Notes: generated by a model from the sequence alone, not told the origin. A stretch of 62,121 bases of DNA, filler included, from Coriobacteriales bacterium (GCA_031263105.1; 3 parts of 3 records of this genome joined end to end with filler, not necessarily neighbours in it); one strand, 5' to 3'; positions 37,243-46,743 are shown, numbered from the whole stretch's first letter. Numbers and translations: made by a program.

Positions 37243-39238
37243 CGAAGCTGGGCATCTGCGTCGGCCCGGCGCCCATGCTGAAGCCGCCGCCTGTGCCGAA
37301 GTTCTCGCCCATGCCCCTCTGCCCGAAGCTGTCCGTTCCGGTGCTGGCGGCGGAGGAGGTGACGCGCTGCTGGTAATAGACGGTCGTTCCCTCGTCCAGC
37401 CCACTGGTCACCTCGACGGCGTCCTCGTCGGAGAGGCCGGTCTCGATTGCGACCTCGCCGCCCAGCTCGCCGTCCTCGCTGGCCGTGGTGTACACGAACA
37501 GCTCCTCGCCGCTCTGCTGCACGGCATCGAGGGGGATGAGCACCGCGTCGGTCGCCTGCTCCTTGACGATGGTGGCCGTGGCGGAGAAGCCCGCGTACAT
37601 GCCCTCGGTCTTGGGGATGGCGATAACCGCGTAATAGCTGCCGCCGGAGGAGGAGACCGAGGCCACGGTCCCTTGGAACACCTGGCCCTCCAACGCGCTC
37701 AGCTCCACGGTCGCCTGCTGCCCCGCCTTCACGGCCGCCACGTCCATCTCGTCCAGCTGGATCTGGACCTCCATCTCGCTGTCGGACTTGATCTGGAAGG
37801 CTGCGGCCTCCACGCTGTCTATGGCCACCTCCTCCGAGGTGTCGCTCTGGGTGGCGGCGGTGTTGGTGGCGGCGGGGGCGTTGGTGGTGCCGGTGCCGTT
37901 GGCCGCGTTGGTGCCGCTGGCGGCGCCCGTGCCGCTGGCGGTGCCGTCGGCCGTGTTGCCGCCGGTGCCGGTGTTGGTGCCGCCGGTGCCGCCGGTGCCG
38001 CCGGTGCCGTTGGCGGCGGGGTCGGCGGGGTCGTCGTCCACCACCACATAGGTCGTCTGCGTGGCCTTCGGGTCGTCGGACGAGCTGAAGGTCACGGGGT
38101 ATATGCCTTTTTTGGCAGCAAAGCTGCCGTAGTCGATGCTGAGGGAGGTCGGCTTGGCGGGGTCGGACGTGCTCCACGCCTTGGCCTTGCAGAGGTCTGC
38201 CAGATAGGTCTCGGTGGCCTTTTTCTTGGTGACCTTGGCGGAGGCGACGCAGGCCGCCTTGACCTGGGAGACCGTTGCCGTGGCATAGGGCAGGGCGCTG
38301 ACCGCGTAGCCGGGGTCCTTGTCGGCATCTTTGTCGGCGTCCTTCTCGGCAGCGCCGCCGTCGGCGTCCTTGTCGGCGTCGCCGGTGCCGCCGGTGCCGC
38401 CGGTGCCGGAGCCGTCGGAGCCGGAGGGGTCGGTGCCGGGACTGCCGGAGCCGCCGGTGCCGCCGGTGCCGCCGGTGCCGCCGGAGCCGGAATCGCCGCC
38501 GGAGCCCTCCCCATTGCCGGAACCGGAGGAGTCGCCGGAGCCCTCCCCACTCACCGCGACGATGTGCGCATCGCTGGCTGCCAGTGGCCGGTAGTCGGCC
38601 GTCATGAGGCTGCTGCCTGCCGCCGTGTAGGACGACGGCATGAGGTTGGAGGCACCGGACGAGCCGGACGACGCGTCGGCGGCGGAGCCGGAGTCAGCGC
38701 CTGTGCCGGCCGTTACCGTGTCGCCCTTCTCGACGTTCACGCTGCCGATGGTGCCCGAGGCGCCAGCCCTGAGATACCCCGACGCGTAGAGCGCGTTCAG
38801 GTCGTTCGTCAGCTCCCCGTAGGCGGCGACCACGCGGTCGAGGGTCGCCGACCCGCCGAGCGCGGCCGATGCCTCGGCAAGGGCGTCCGTCTCCTCCTGC
38901 ACCAGGTCGATGGCCTCCTGCACCGATTCGGCGTCCACCGCTGCCAGCACGTCGCCTTCGGCGACCACGTCGCCGGCGCGCACGTAGACATCGGTTATGG
39001 TGATGCCGACGGGCACCTCGACGTCGCTGCTTGCCTCCGCCAGGGTGCCGCTGCCGGTGACCGTGGTGGACACGTCGCCGACCTTGGCCGTGGCATAGGC
39101 GATGAGCGTGTCGGTGGCCTGGCCCTCCGAGGCAGAAAACAGCCTCGGCACCACCAGCGCGGCCCCGGCCACGACGACGACCGCAATACCAACCGCCACA
39201 AACAGCCCTGTCCGTCGGGCCTTCTTTCCCCGCTGCAT
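37214..39238 (-). CDS. MacA/HlyD-like periplasmic adaptor with long Gly/Thr/Ser-rich inserts
   Basis: N-terminal TM, lipoyl-like V.AGDVV.EGD, LDEMDV..VK.GQ.A, TGLSD....EV.SGL. Confidence 0.8.
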   Translation of the reverse strand: MQRGKKARRTGLFVAVGIAVVVVAGAALVVPRLFSASEGQATDTLIAYATAKVGDVSTTVTGSGTLAEASSDVEVPVGITITDVYVRAGDVVAEGDVLAAVDAESVQEAIDLVQEETDALAEASAALGGSATLDRVVAAYGELTNDLNALYASGYLRAGASGTIGSVNVEKGDTVTAGTGADSGSAADASSGSSGASNLMPSSYTAAGSSLMTADYRPLAASDAHIVAVSGEGSGDSSGSGNGEGSGGDSGSGGTGGTGGTGGSGSPGTDPSGSDGSGTGGTGGTGDADKDADGGAAEKDADKDADKDPGYAVSALPYATATVSQVKAACVASAKVTKKKATETYLADLCKAKAWSTSDPAKPTSLSIDYGSFAAKKGIYPVTFSSSDDPKATQTTYVVVDDDPADPAANGTGGTGGTGGTNTGTGGNTADGTASGTGAASGTNAANGTGTTNAPAATNTAATQSDTSEEVAIDSVEAAAFQIKSDSEMEVQIQLDEMDVAAVKAGQQATVELSALEGQVFQGTVASVSSSGGSYYAVIAIPKTEGMYAGFSATATIVKEQATDAVLIPLDAVQQSGEELFVYTTASEDGELGGEVAIETGLSDEDAVEVTSGLDEGTTVYYQQRVTSSAASTGTDSFGQRGMGENFGTGGGFSMGAGPTQMPSFDGGQGPARQ

Positions 39239-39303
39239 GAGTCTCCCGTTCCCTCAAGTACCGCACAATCCGACAGCACTCAGGGTATCCCTCTTGCCTG
39301 AAA

Positions 39304-39403
39304 NNNNNNNNNNNNNNNNNNNNNNNNNNNNNNNNNNNNNNNNNNNNTTAATTAATTAANNNNNNNNNNNNNNNNNNNNNNNNNNNNNNNNNNNNNNNNN
39401 NNN
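39304..39403. other. Artificial contig spacer
   Basis: 44 N + TTAATTAATTAA + 44 N. Confidence 0.97.
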
Positions 39404-39450
39404 GGAGATTGAACCATCAGCACCGTGTTATCTATAAAGTCGACGAATAG
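39404..39450 (+). pseudogene. 3' fragment of a Txe/YoeB-type toxin at the contig edge
   Basis: Frame from 39406 reads RLNHQHRVIYKVDE*, matching the SRRI..xHRLVY motif. Confidence 0.55.
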
Positions 39451-39626
39451 GAAAAGTGGGGGAAATACGCGCGGCGTGGACCCCTTATCATAGATAGCCG
39501 GAGATGGAACAGACTGCTGCTGCTTTTGCGTCCGTATCCCCTCACGGCGCACCAAAACTTTGTTTTAAGATATGATATAGTATGAAATAGTATGATAAAG
39601 AATGATGATGAAGGGACGGTCTCCAG

Positions 39627-39980
39627 ATGGCTACCGCACTGGTTCAGGCAAAGATAGATGCCGATGTCAAAGAGAAAGCAGAGAAGGTGATTAAGCATTA
39701 TGGCCTTGATACCTCTACGGCTGTGAGGATGTTCCTTACGAAGATTGCCAATACCAACGAGATACCCATCAAGCTCACCGAAGAAGATGAGCTGGGCAGT
39801 CTTACCGAGGACGAGCGCCATAACATGCGGGTGTTGGGCATCAGGACGGTTGCCGGTTATCGCAGGTTCGAAGCGGACATGGAGGAAGCGGAAAGGGAGT
39901 TCGCTGAGGGCAAATACAGAAGCTATAAGACGGTGGACGAAGCCTTCGCGGATGTCCTGGGTGCTGATTGGAATGCTTGA
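39627..39980 (+). CDS. RelB/DinJ-family antitoxin
   Basis: VQAKIDADVKEKAE.V...GLDTSTAVRMFL.KIA....IP. Confidence 0.88.
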   Translation: MATALVQAKIDADVKEKAEKVIKHYGLDTSTAVRMFLTKIANTNEIPIKLTEEDELGSLTEDERHNMRVLGIRTVAGYRRFEADMEEAEREFAEGKYRSYKTVDEAFADVLGADWNA

Positions 39981-40236
39981 GCCGGTATTTGAAGATAGAT
40001 TCACTGAGCAGCTGAAACAACTGCAAAAGAGTAACAAGCGATTGGCAATCAAAACGCATGAGCTGGTTACCGATGCGTGTTTGCACCCGTTCACTGGTCT
40101 CGGCAAACCGGAGCCGCTGAAAGGCAACAGGCGCGGACAGTGGTCCAGACGCATCGACCAGAAGAACCGGCTTATCTACCGTGTTATTGAGCCAAATTTA
40201 ATCTGCATCTCCTGTATCGGCCACTACGATGATTAA
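39973..40236 (+). CDS. Txe/YoeB-family toxin
   Basis: PFTGLGKPEPLKG, WSRRIDQKNRLIY, C-terminal GHYDD; overlaps the antitoxin. Confidence 0.92.
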   Translation: MLEPVFEDRFTEQLKQLQKSNKRLAIKTHELVTDACLHPFTGLGKPEPLKGNRRGQWSRRIDQKNRLIYRVIEPNLICISCIGHYDD

Positions 40237-40434
40237 GCGAAGATAAACAGGTGCGATGAAATAATCGTCCATCTTTGAAGAGCCCATCGGGCTGCTATAT
40301 CCTGTACCCGATAGGACTGAAGGACCACCTTACCTTGTTCCCTGTGGTGGATTGTCGATTCATGCATAATGCAGTATAATTACATGAAGTGATTGCCGTT
40401 GTTTGTTTTTTTGCCGCGATAAGAGGAGGCGCGT

Positions 40435-40758
40435 ATGCCGGCGTTACAGGTGCGGGATTTCCCGGCCAGTCTCTATGATGAGCTCAAGGCTCGCGCGAAG
40501 CGTGAGGGCCGCAGCCTTTCGCAGCAAACCATCGTCGCGGTGCGTGAGCATCTGGCCGTCTCTCCGCTACAGCTACAGCTTCAACCCCAGCTCCCGCCCT
40601 CGGATCCCGGATTCCCCGTGCGCGCTGAGGACGAGACGCAGCGCGTCGCGCGTCGCAAGGCGCTGTTTGCGGAAATGGACAAGAGGCCCAGAATCGAGCT
40701 TCCGCCCGATTTCCCCAGCTCGGCTGAGATTGTCCGTGAGATACGCGACGCGCGATGA
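40435..40758 (+). CDS. FitA/VapB-like ribbon-helix-helix antitoxin
   Basis: MPALQVRDFP..LYDELK.RA..EGRSL.QQ; ATGA overlap with the PIN gene. Confidence 0.85.
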   Translation: MPALQVRDFPASLYDELKARAKREGRSLSQQTIVAVREHLAVSPLQLQLQPQLPPSDPGFPVRAEDETQRVARRKALFAEMDKRPRIELPPDFPSSAEIVREIRDAR

Positions 40759-41162
40759 TAGTCCTCGACTGCAGCGCTGCCGTAGAGATTGCATTGGGGA
40801 CCGAGACGGGTCTTTGCCTCCGAACGCTGATGCTCAACGGGGAGCAGGCCATCAGTTCGAGCCTACTCTATGCCGAGGCCGCAAGCGTGTATCGAAAATA
40901 TGTCAGAGCGAACGTGATGACCCAGAGCGAGGCTCTTGCCGCGCTGAATGCGACCGTCCGATTGGCCGATTGTTACGTCGATGTCGTCGAGAACCATGTC
41001 GAGGCTTTTGCCGAATCGCTCCGTTTGGAGCATTCCCCGTATGACCTGCTCTATTTCACCCTTGCTCGCCGCAATGGCGCGACACTTTTCACACTCGACC
41101 GCAAGCTCCTTGAACTCTGCGAGCGCGAAGGAGTCGATTGCGTCCATGTTCTGTCTGAGTAG
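40755..41162 (+). CDS. VapC-family PIN toxin
   Basis: MIVLDCSA, E, SPYDLLY..LARR, LFTLDRKL. Confidence 0.92.
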   Translation: MIVLDCSAAVEIALGTETGLCLRTLMLNGEQAISSSLLYAEAASVYRKYVRANVMTQSEALAALNATVRLADCYVDVVENHVEAFAESLRLEHSPYDLLYFTLARRNGATLFTLDRKLLELCEREGVDCVHVLSE

Positions 41163-41213
41163 GTGCTTGTGGGGATATAGTGTGCAGATTTCAACTGGAG
41201 TGGAAAGGCCATT

Positions 41214-41624
41214 GTGCAGGTATTTCAATCAAAACAAGAGAGAATCAAGGGCACGTCCTATGGCGTTCTCGTCAAAAGAGCCAGAATGCTGTTTGACGCT
41301 GAGGCCAAGAGAACCAAGAGGACTCCCTATATTAGAAGCCCATATTTCGGCAAGGAGAAGATATTCTTGAATCTCTTTTGGGTTCACCTTGGGCAAAAGC
41401 CTCAGCGCGAACGCAAGTACCGCCTCAGATATGTTGCCTGTGCCTTTGATCTTTTGCACAACTCCACGGTTGCTCCAGTATCTAAGCTGAACCCTAACAA
41501 TCCTTTTGAAAAACTGCATCGCTTTGCCGGGGTCTCAAAGGATGGGAACCTGTTCTTTGTCCAAGTCAAAGAGGAGCTAAAGAGCAAAAGAAAGTATTTC
41601 ATGTCCGTATTTTCGCCAAAATAG
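41214..41624 (+). CDS. Basic 136-aa hypothetical protein, possibly a RelE/BECR-fold RNase
   Basis: Clean low-GC ORF, GTG start after GGAG/GAAAGG; K/R-rich; FWVHL...ERKYRL and C-terminal FFVQVKE...KYFMSVF; fold is inferred only. Confidence 0.65.
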   Translation: MQVFQSKQERIKGTSYGVLVKRARMLFDAEAKRTKRTPYIRSPYFGKEKIFLNLFWVHLGQKPQRERKYRLRYVACAFDLLHNSTVAPVSKLNPNNPFEKLHRFAGVSKDGNLFFVQVKEELKSKRKYFMSVFSPK

Positions 41625-41727
41625 GGAAACCCCGCATGTGTAGTGTATAAACTACGCGCTGGGTTTCCTACGACAAGCTCTTGGCTTCGTCTTTGATTAT
41701 AGTATCAGATAAGCAGGTTTTTGGGAA
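41615..41727. ncRNA. Candidate structured RNA, copy 1 of a 145-bp-period direct repeat
   Basis: GGAAACCC/GGGTTTCC, CGC/GCG and GTAGT/ACTAC stems, then a GAC-AAGC/GCTT-C-GTC hairpin; repeat is certain, RNA status inferred. Confidence 0.55.
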
Positions 41728-41759
41728 CCAGTATTTGAGCGTGGGATAATGCCGGCGCT

Positions 41760-41872
41760 GCCAAAATAGGGAAACCCCGCATGTGTAGTGTATGAACTAC
41801 GGGCCGGGTTTCCTGCGACAAGCTCTTGGCTTCGTCTTTGGTTATAGTATCAGATAAGCGAGGTATTGGGAA
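41760..41872. ncRNA. Candidate structured RNA, copy 2
   Basis: 5 mismatches versus copy 1 over 100 bp (41760-41859 vs 41615-41714). Confidence 0.55.
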
Positions 41873-42024
41873 TCTCGCGTCCTAAAGTGCCGTGGGTGAT
41901 GGTTCGGGGGCGGGGTTTGGTTTAGAATAGTACGGTTGGGTGACCGATGCTATAGATGAGCAAATACGCGCGAATACTGCGTGCGGACAGAAGCAAAGAG
42001 CAGCGTGCGTCAGAAAGGATAGAC

Positions 42025-44910
42025 GTGGCACAGGATTATAAGAATACGATGAACCTCCCGCAGACCGACTTCCCCATGCGGGCCGGGCTGCCGGTAAACG
42101 AGCCAAAGCGCCTGGAAAAGTGGGCGCGGATGGACCTCTATCACCGCGTCCTTGAGCAGAACCGGGGCAACAGCTCCTACATCCTGCACGATGGGCCGCC
42201 GTACGCGAACGGCCCCATCCACATTGGGCACGCCTTCAACAAGGTGCTCAAGGACATCATCGTGAAGTACAAGTCGCAGCGCGGCTTCTTCTCGCCGTAT
42301 GTGCCCGGCTGGGACTGCCACGGGCAGCCCATCGAGCACATGGTTGAGACGAGGCTCGGCCCTGAGAAGATGGCGAGGATCGACCAGCCGACGCTCAGGC
42401 GCCTGTGCCGCGACTGGGCCCGCGAGAACATCGACCTGCAGCGCGAGGGCTTCAAGCGCCTCGGCGTGCTCGGCGAGTGGGACGACCCCTACCTCACCTA
42501 CAGGCCCTCCTACGAGGCCGGCAACGTGCGGGTCTTCAAGGCGATGTACGAGGACGGCGCGATCTACCGGGGCCGCAAGCCCATCCATTGGTGCCGTCAC
42601 TGCCACACGGCGCTCGCAGAGGCGGAGATCGAGTACGGCGACGAGGTCTCGCCCTCCGTCTATGTCGCGTTCAGGCTGACGGAGGAGGGCGGGGGCGTCG
42701 CGTCCGCTGGCTCTGCCGCTCCTGTCGCCCCCGCAGCCTTCGCCGAGGCGCCCGCTCCTCTCCACATCCTCATCTGGACGACCACGCCTTGGACGCTGCC
42801 GGCCAACACGGCGGTGTCGCTCGCGCCCCAGGCCGAGTACGTCGTCGTGCTGGCACAGGGCAGGGCGCTCATCATGGCGCGCGAGCTCGTCGAGAGCGTG
42901 GCGGATGCCGTCGGCTGGGCGGGCCACGAACTGCTGCGAGGCTCGGACGGCGAGGTGGCAAGCCTCAAGGGCAGCGAGCTTGCGGGCCTGCACTACGCAC
43001 ATCCCATCCACGACCACATGACGGGCGTCGTCGTCACGGGCGACCACGTGGAGCTTACCACCGGGACCGGCGCCGTGCACACCGCGCCCGGCCACGGCCA
43101 GGACGACTACCTCGTCGGCGAGGCCCACGGGCTGCCCATGCTCATGCCCGTCGACGACAACGGGGTCTTCGACGCGGGCGGCGGCCCCTTCGAAGGGCTG
43201 GATGTGGACGAGGCGAATCCGCGCATCATCGAATGGCTGAAGGAGCGAGGCACGCTCGTCGCGCGCGCCGACATCACGCACAGCTACCCGCACTGCTGGC
43301 GCTGCCACAAGCCGGTCATCTTCCGTGCCACGGACCAGTGGTTCGTGTCGATGGAGGCCACCGGTCTGCGCGATGCGGCCATCGAGGAGATCGGGAAGCT
43401 CAACTGGTACCCTGAGTGGGCCTCCAAGCGCCTGCGCCTGATGGTCGAGGGGCGGCCCGACTGGTGCATCTCGCGCCAGCGCTCCTGGGGCGTACCCATC
43501 CCCGTGTTCAAATGCGCCCACTGCTCGCAGACCGTCGCGACGCCGCAGACCTTCGACGCGGTCATCGCCCTCTTCGAGCGCGAGGGCGCCGACGCCTGGT
43601 TCACGAAGGCGCCCGCCGACTACCTCCCCGAAGGCACATGCTGCGGGCACTGCGGCTCAACGGAGCTGCTCCCCGAGAAGGACATTCTCGACGTCTGGTG
43701 GGAGAGCGGCGTCTCGCACACGAGCGTGCTGGACGCCTATGCCGACCTCGCCCGCCCCGCCGACCTCTACCTCGAGGGCTCCGACCAGCACCGGGGCTGG
43801 TTCCAGAGCTCCCTGCTCACGAGCGTGGGCGCCTATGGGACGGCGCCCTACCGGGGCGTGATGAGCTGTGGCTTCACAGTGGACGAGAACGGCGAGAAGA
43901 TGTCGAAGTCCCGGGGCAACGGCGTCGATCCGGCCGACGTCATAGCCAAGTACGGGGCCGACGTGCTGCGCCTGTGGGTGGGCAGCGTCGACAGCTCGCA
44001 GGACGTGGGCATAGGCGCGAACATCCTCGAGCGCACCGCCGACGCCTACCGGCGCTTCCGCAACACCTTCCGCTTCCTGCTGAGCAACCTCTACGACTTC
44101 GACGCGTCCTGTGGGCCCGTGGGCTGGGAGGAGCTTACGGTCGTCGACCGCTGGGCGCTGGCGCGCCTGCGTCAGGTCGCCCGCGAGGTGGACGCCGCCT
44201 ACGAGGCCTTCCGCTTCCATCAGGCCTACCACGCGCTGTACGACTACGTGGTGAGCGATCTGAGCGCCGTGTACATGGACGCCCTCAAGGACCGCCTGTA
44301 TTCGGACGCAGCCACGAGCACGGAGCGTCGTGCGGCCCAGACCGTGCTGCTCAACATCCTTGAGGTGCTCGTGCGCCAGCTCGCTCCCATCCTGAGCTTC
44401 ACCTGCGACGAGGTCCTTGAGCACTACCCCGAAGGGCTGCGCCACGAGGGCTTCCCCGAGGCGGCGGCGCTCGCAGGCTGGCCTGTGGACGGCGACTACG
44501 TCCCTGCCGCCCCTGCCGGGGAGGCCGAGCGCATCCTGGAGGACTTCGCCGTGGTGCTCGGGGTGCGCGACGTGGTGACGAAGGCGTTGGAGGAGGCACG
44601 TGGCGCAAAGGTCGTCGGCAAGAGCCAGGAGGCGCAGGTCTCCCTCACCGTCTCGCCCGAGGCCGCCGAGACCCTGTCGGCCCTGCCCGCAGGCACGCTC
44701 GAGGAGCTGCTCATCGTCGCCAAGGTGGAGCTTGCCGTCGCAGACGGCCTGCCCGCGCCGCAGGTTGAGGTCACGAAGGCGGCAGGGGAGAAGTGCCCCC
44801 GCTGCTGGAACATCCGAGAACTGGGGGAGGATCCCGCCCATCCGGCGGTCTGCGCCCGCTGCGCCGCAGTGCTGGCGTCCCGGGGCCACAGGGGAGAGGG
44901 CGCCTCGTGA
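42025..44910 (+). CDS. ileS: Isoleucine--tRNA ligase
   Basis: GPPYANG..HIGH, WCISRQR, KMSKS, C-terminal CPRCW..C..C; GAAAGGA RBS before GTG 42025. Confidence 0.98.
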   Translation: MAQDYKNTMNLPQTDFPMRAGLPVNEPKRLEKWARMDLYHRVLEQNRGNSSYILHDGPPYANGPIHIGHAFNKVLKDIIVKYKSQRGFFSPYVPGWDCHGQPIEHMVETRLGPEKMARIDQPTLRRLCRDWARENIDLQREGFKRLGVLGEWDDPYLTYRPSYEAGNVRVFKAMYEDGAIYRGRKPIHWCRHCHTALAEAEIEYGDEVSPSVYVAFRLTEEGGGVASAGSAAPVAPAAFAEAPAPLHILIWTTTPWTLPANTAVSLAPQAEYVVVLAQGRALIMARELVESVADAVGWAGHELLRGSDGEVASLKGSELAGLHYAHPIHDHMTGVVVTGDHVELTTGTGAVHTAPGHGQDDYLVGEAHGLPMLMPVDDNGVFDAGGGPFEGLDVDEANPRIIEWLKERGTLVARADITHSYPHCWRCHKPVIFRATDQWFVSMEATGLRDAAIEEIGKLNWYPEWASKRLRLMVEGRPDWCISRQRSWGVPIPVFKCAHCSQTVATPQTFDAVIALFEREGADAWFTKAPADYLPEGTCCGHCGSTELLPEKDILDVWWESGVSHTSVLDAYADLARPADLYLEGSDQHRGWFQSSLLTSVGAYGTAPYRGVMSCGFTVDENGEKMSKSRGNGVDPADVIAKYGADVLRLWVGSVDSSQDVGIGANILERTADAYRRFRNTFRFLLSNLYDFDASCGPVGWEELTVVDRWALARLRQVAREVDAAYEAFRFHQAYHALYDYVVSDLSAVYMDALKDRLYSDAATSTERRAAQTVLLNILEVLVRQLAPILSFTCDEVLEHYPEGLRHEGFPEAAALAGWPVDGDYVPAAPAGEAERILEDFAVVLGVRDVVTKALEEARGAKVVGKSQEAQVSLTVSPEAAETLSALPAGTLEELLIVAKVELAVADGLPAPQVEVTKAAGEKCPRCWNIRELGEDPAHPAVCARCAAVLASRGHRGEGAS

Positions 44911-45611
44911 GGAGGCGCCACGTGCGCACGGTGTCGCTTGTCGTCTTCGCGGTGGGGGCCTGCATGGTGGTCGTGCTGGACAGGGTGACCAAGTCGCTTG
45001 CGGAGGCTGCGCTGTCGGGCGGGGGAGCGCAGCCCTTCCTGCCCGGCATCATCGACTTCCGCCTCGTCTACAACACGGGCGCGGCCTGGGGCATGTTCGA
45101 GGGCGCGCGCGCGCTCTTCCTCGTCATCGCCCTTGTCGCGCTCGCGGCGATGCTGCTGTACCTGCTCTCCGCCCGCCGTCATGCGCTCCTTGAGCTGCTG
45201 GGGCTCGCCCTCGTCGCAGGCGGTGCCGTCGGCAACGCCATCGACCGCGCCCAGAGCGGCAGGGTGGTCGATTTCATCCACCCCCTCTTCGTCGAGTTCC
45301 CCTTGTTCAACCTTGCGGACTCGGCGATAACCGTGGGCGCCGTGCTCTTCGTGGCCTACCTGCTCTTCGGTGGGAGAGGGGCGGAGGGTGTTGGGGGTGC
45401 AACCGGGAGTATGGCTGGGGAGCAAGGCGAAGGGCAGGCAGGAGGGTCGTTTGCATTAAGCGCTATGCAGCCGCATAACCACCCCGACGCTTCGCACCAC
45501 CCCTCCGAAGGAGGGGAATTAGAGACAGGGATATCGTCAGGGATTCCGCTCGCAAGGCAGGGGAGCGCAGTCGAGAAGCAGCACGAGGAGCAGGGCGATG
45601 CCCCGCATTGA
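44907..45611 (+). CDS. lspA: Lipoprotein signal peptidase with a long C-terminal extension
   Basis: NTGAAWG, GGAVGNAIDR, VVDF, FNLADS; GTGA overlap with ileS. Confidence 0.93.
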   Translation: MRRRHVRTVSLVVFAVGACMVVVLDRVTKSLAEAALSGGGAQPFLPGIIDFRLVYNTGAAWGMFEGARALFLVIALVALAAMLLYLLSARRHALLELLGLALVAGGAVGNAIDRAQSGRVVDFIHPLFVEFPLFNLADSAITVGAVLFVAYLLFGGRGAEGVGGATGSMAGEQGEGQAGGSFALSAMQPHNHPDASHHPSEGGELETGISSGIPLARQGSAVEKQHEEQGDAPH

Positions 45612-46608
45612 GCATGTGGTCACCGCTTCCGAGCAGGGGAGCCGCCTCGACGTGCTGCTCGCCCGCATCAAGGGCGTTCCCAGCCGCTCCGTTGCCGTGC
45701 GGCTCGTCGATGCGGGCGCGGTGAGCGTCAACGGCATGCCTGCGACCAAGAAGCGCGTCCTCGTCGAGGGCGACCTGCTCGTCTGCGACATCGTCGTGCC
45801 GGTCCCTGCAGGGCTTGTCGCCGAGGACATCCCCCTCGACATACGCTACGAGGACGAGGACCTCATCGTGCTCTCCAAGCAGGCGGGGCTCGTCTGCCAT
45901 CCCTCGCGCGGCCATGAGACGGGCACCCTCGTCAACGCCCTCATCGCGCACTGCGGCTACGAGGGGCTCGCGCGCCTGCAGGGCGACGAGCGTCCGGGCA
46001 TCGTCCACCGCCTCGACCAGGACACGACGGGGCTCATGCTCGTCGCCAAGACCGACGAGGCCGGCACCGTGCTGCAGGAGGGGATACGGGCCAAGGCCAT
46101 CGACCGCCGCTACCTCGCCTTGGTGCACGGCTACATCGCACCCGACACGGGCCTCATCGACGCGCCCATCGCCCGCGGGCAGGGCGACCGCCAGCGCATG
46201 GTCGTCTCGGAGGGGGCGGGCGCGCGTCCGAGCGTGACGACCTTCACGGTCCTCGAGCGCTTCGACGCGGGACGTTTCGACGACGGCTATACCCTGATGG
46301 AGTGTAAGCTGTTCACGGGCCGCACCCACCAGATACGCGTGCACCTCGACCACATCCGCCACCCCTGCGTCGGCGACCCGCTCTACGGCCCGCAGAACCG
46401 CCCCAAGGCGCAGCTGGGCCTCACGCGGCAGTTCCTGCACTCCTGGCGCCTGAGCCTCGACCACCCGCTCTCCGGTGCGCCCCTGAGCCTCCTCGACCCA
46501 CTGCCCGACGACCTCGCCTCCGCCCTCGCCTCCCTTGAGGAGAGGTCTTTGGGCCGCACGGAGGCAGGGGAGGGGTGCTTGCCTGGCTTGCCTGTCATGG
46601 CTACGTGA
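45598..46608 (+). CDS. rluD: RluA/RluD-family pseudouridine synthase
   Basis: S4 domain RLD, RPGIVHRLDQDTTG, TGRTHQIRVH, GDPLYG. Confidence 0.93.
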   Translation: MPRIEHVVTASEQGSRLDVLLARIKGVPSRSVAVRLVDAGAVSVNGMPATKKRVLVEGDLLVCDIVVPVPAGLVAEDIPLDIRYEDEDLIVLSKQAGLVCHPSRGHETGTLVNALIAHCGYEGLARLQGDERPGIVHRLDQDTTGLMLVAKTDEAGTVLQEGIRAKAIDRRYLALVHGYIAPDTGLIDAPIARGQGDRQRMVVSEGAGARPSVTTFTVLERFDAGRFDDGYTLMECKLFTGRTHQIRVHLDHIRHPCVGDPLYGPQNRPKAQLGLTRQFLHSWRLSLDHPLSGAPLSLLDPLPDDLASALASLEERSLGRTEAGEGCLPGLPVMAT

Positions 46609-46743
46609 ATGCAGCGGGCAGCGGGCCGGTCGCCTTCAGAGGGCCGGTCCATGATGTGCGCTCCTCTCCGTCAGCGTGTGAGCGGGGTCAGCCTTGTCTG
46701 GTTCGTTGTCTGGTTCATCGCGAGGCAGGAGGGCATCCTCCGG

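Noticed and set aside
24048..39403. Identical TTAATTAATTAA motifs inside both N runs
   Set aside because: Artificial all-frame-stop linker used to concatenate contigs; not biological
39404..41872. Integron cassette array
   Set aside because: No attC-like RYYYAAC...GTTRRRY sites seen between the modules and no integrase
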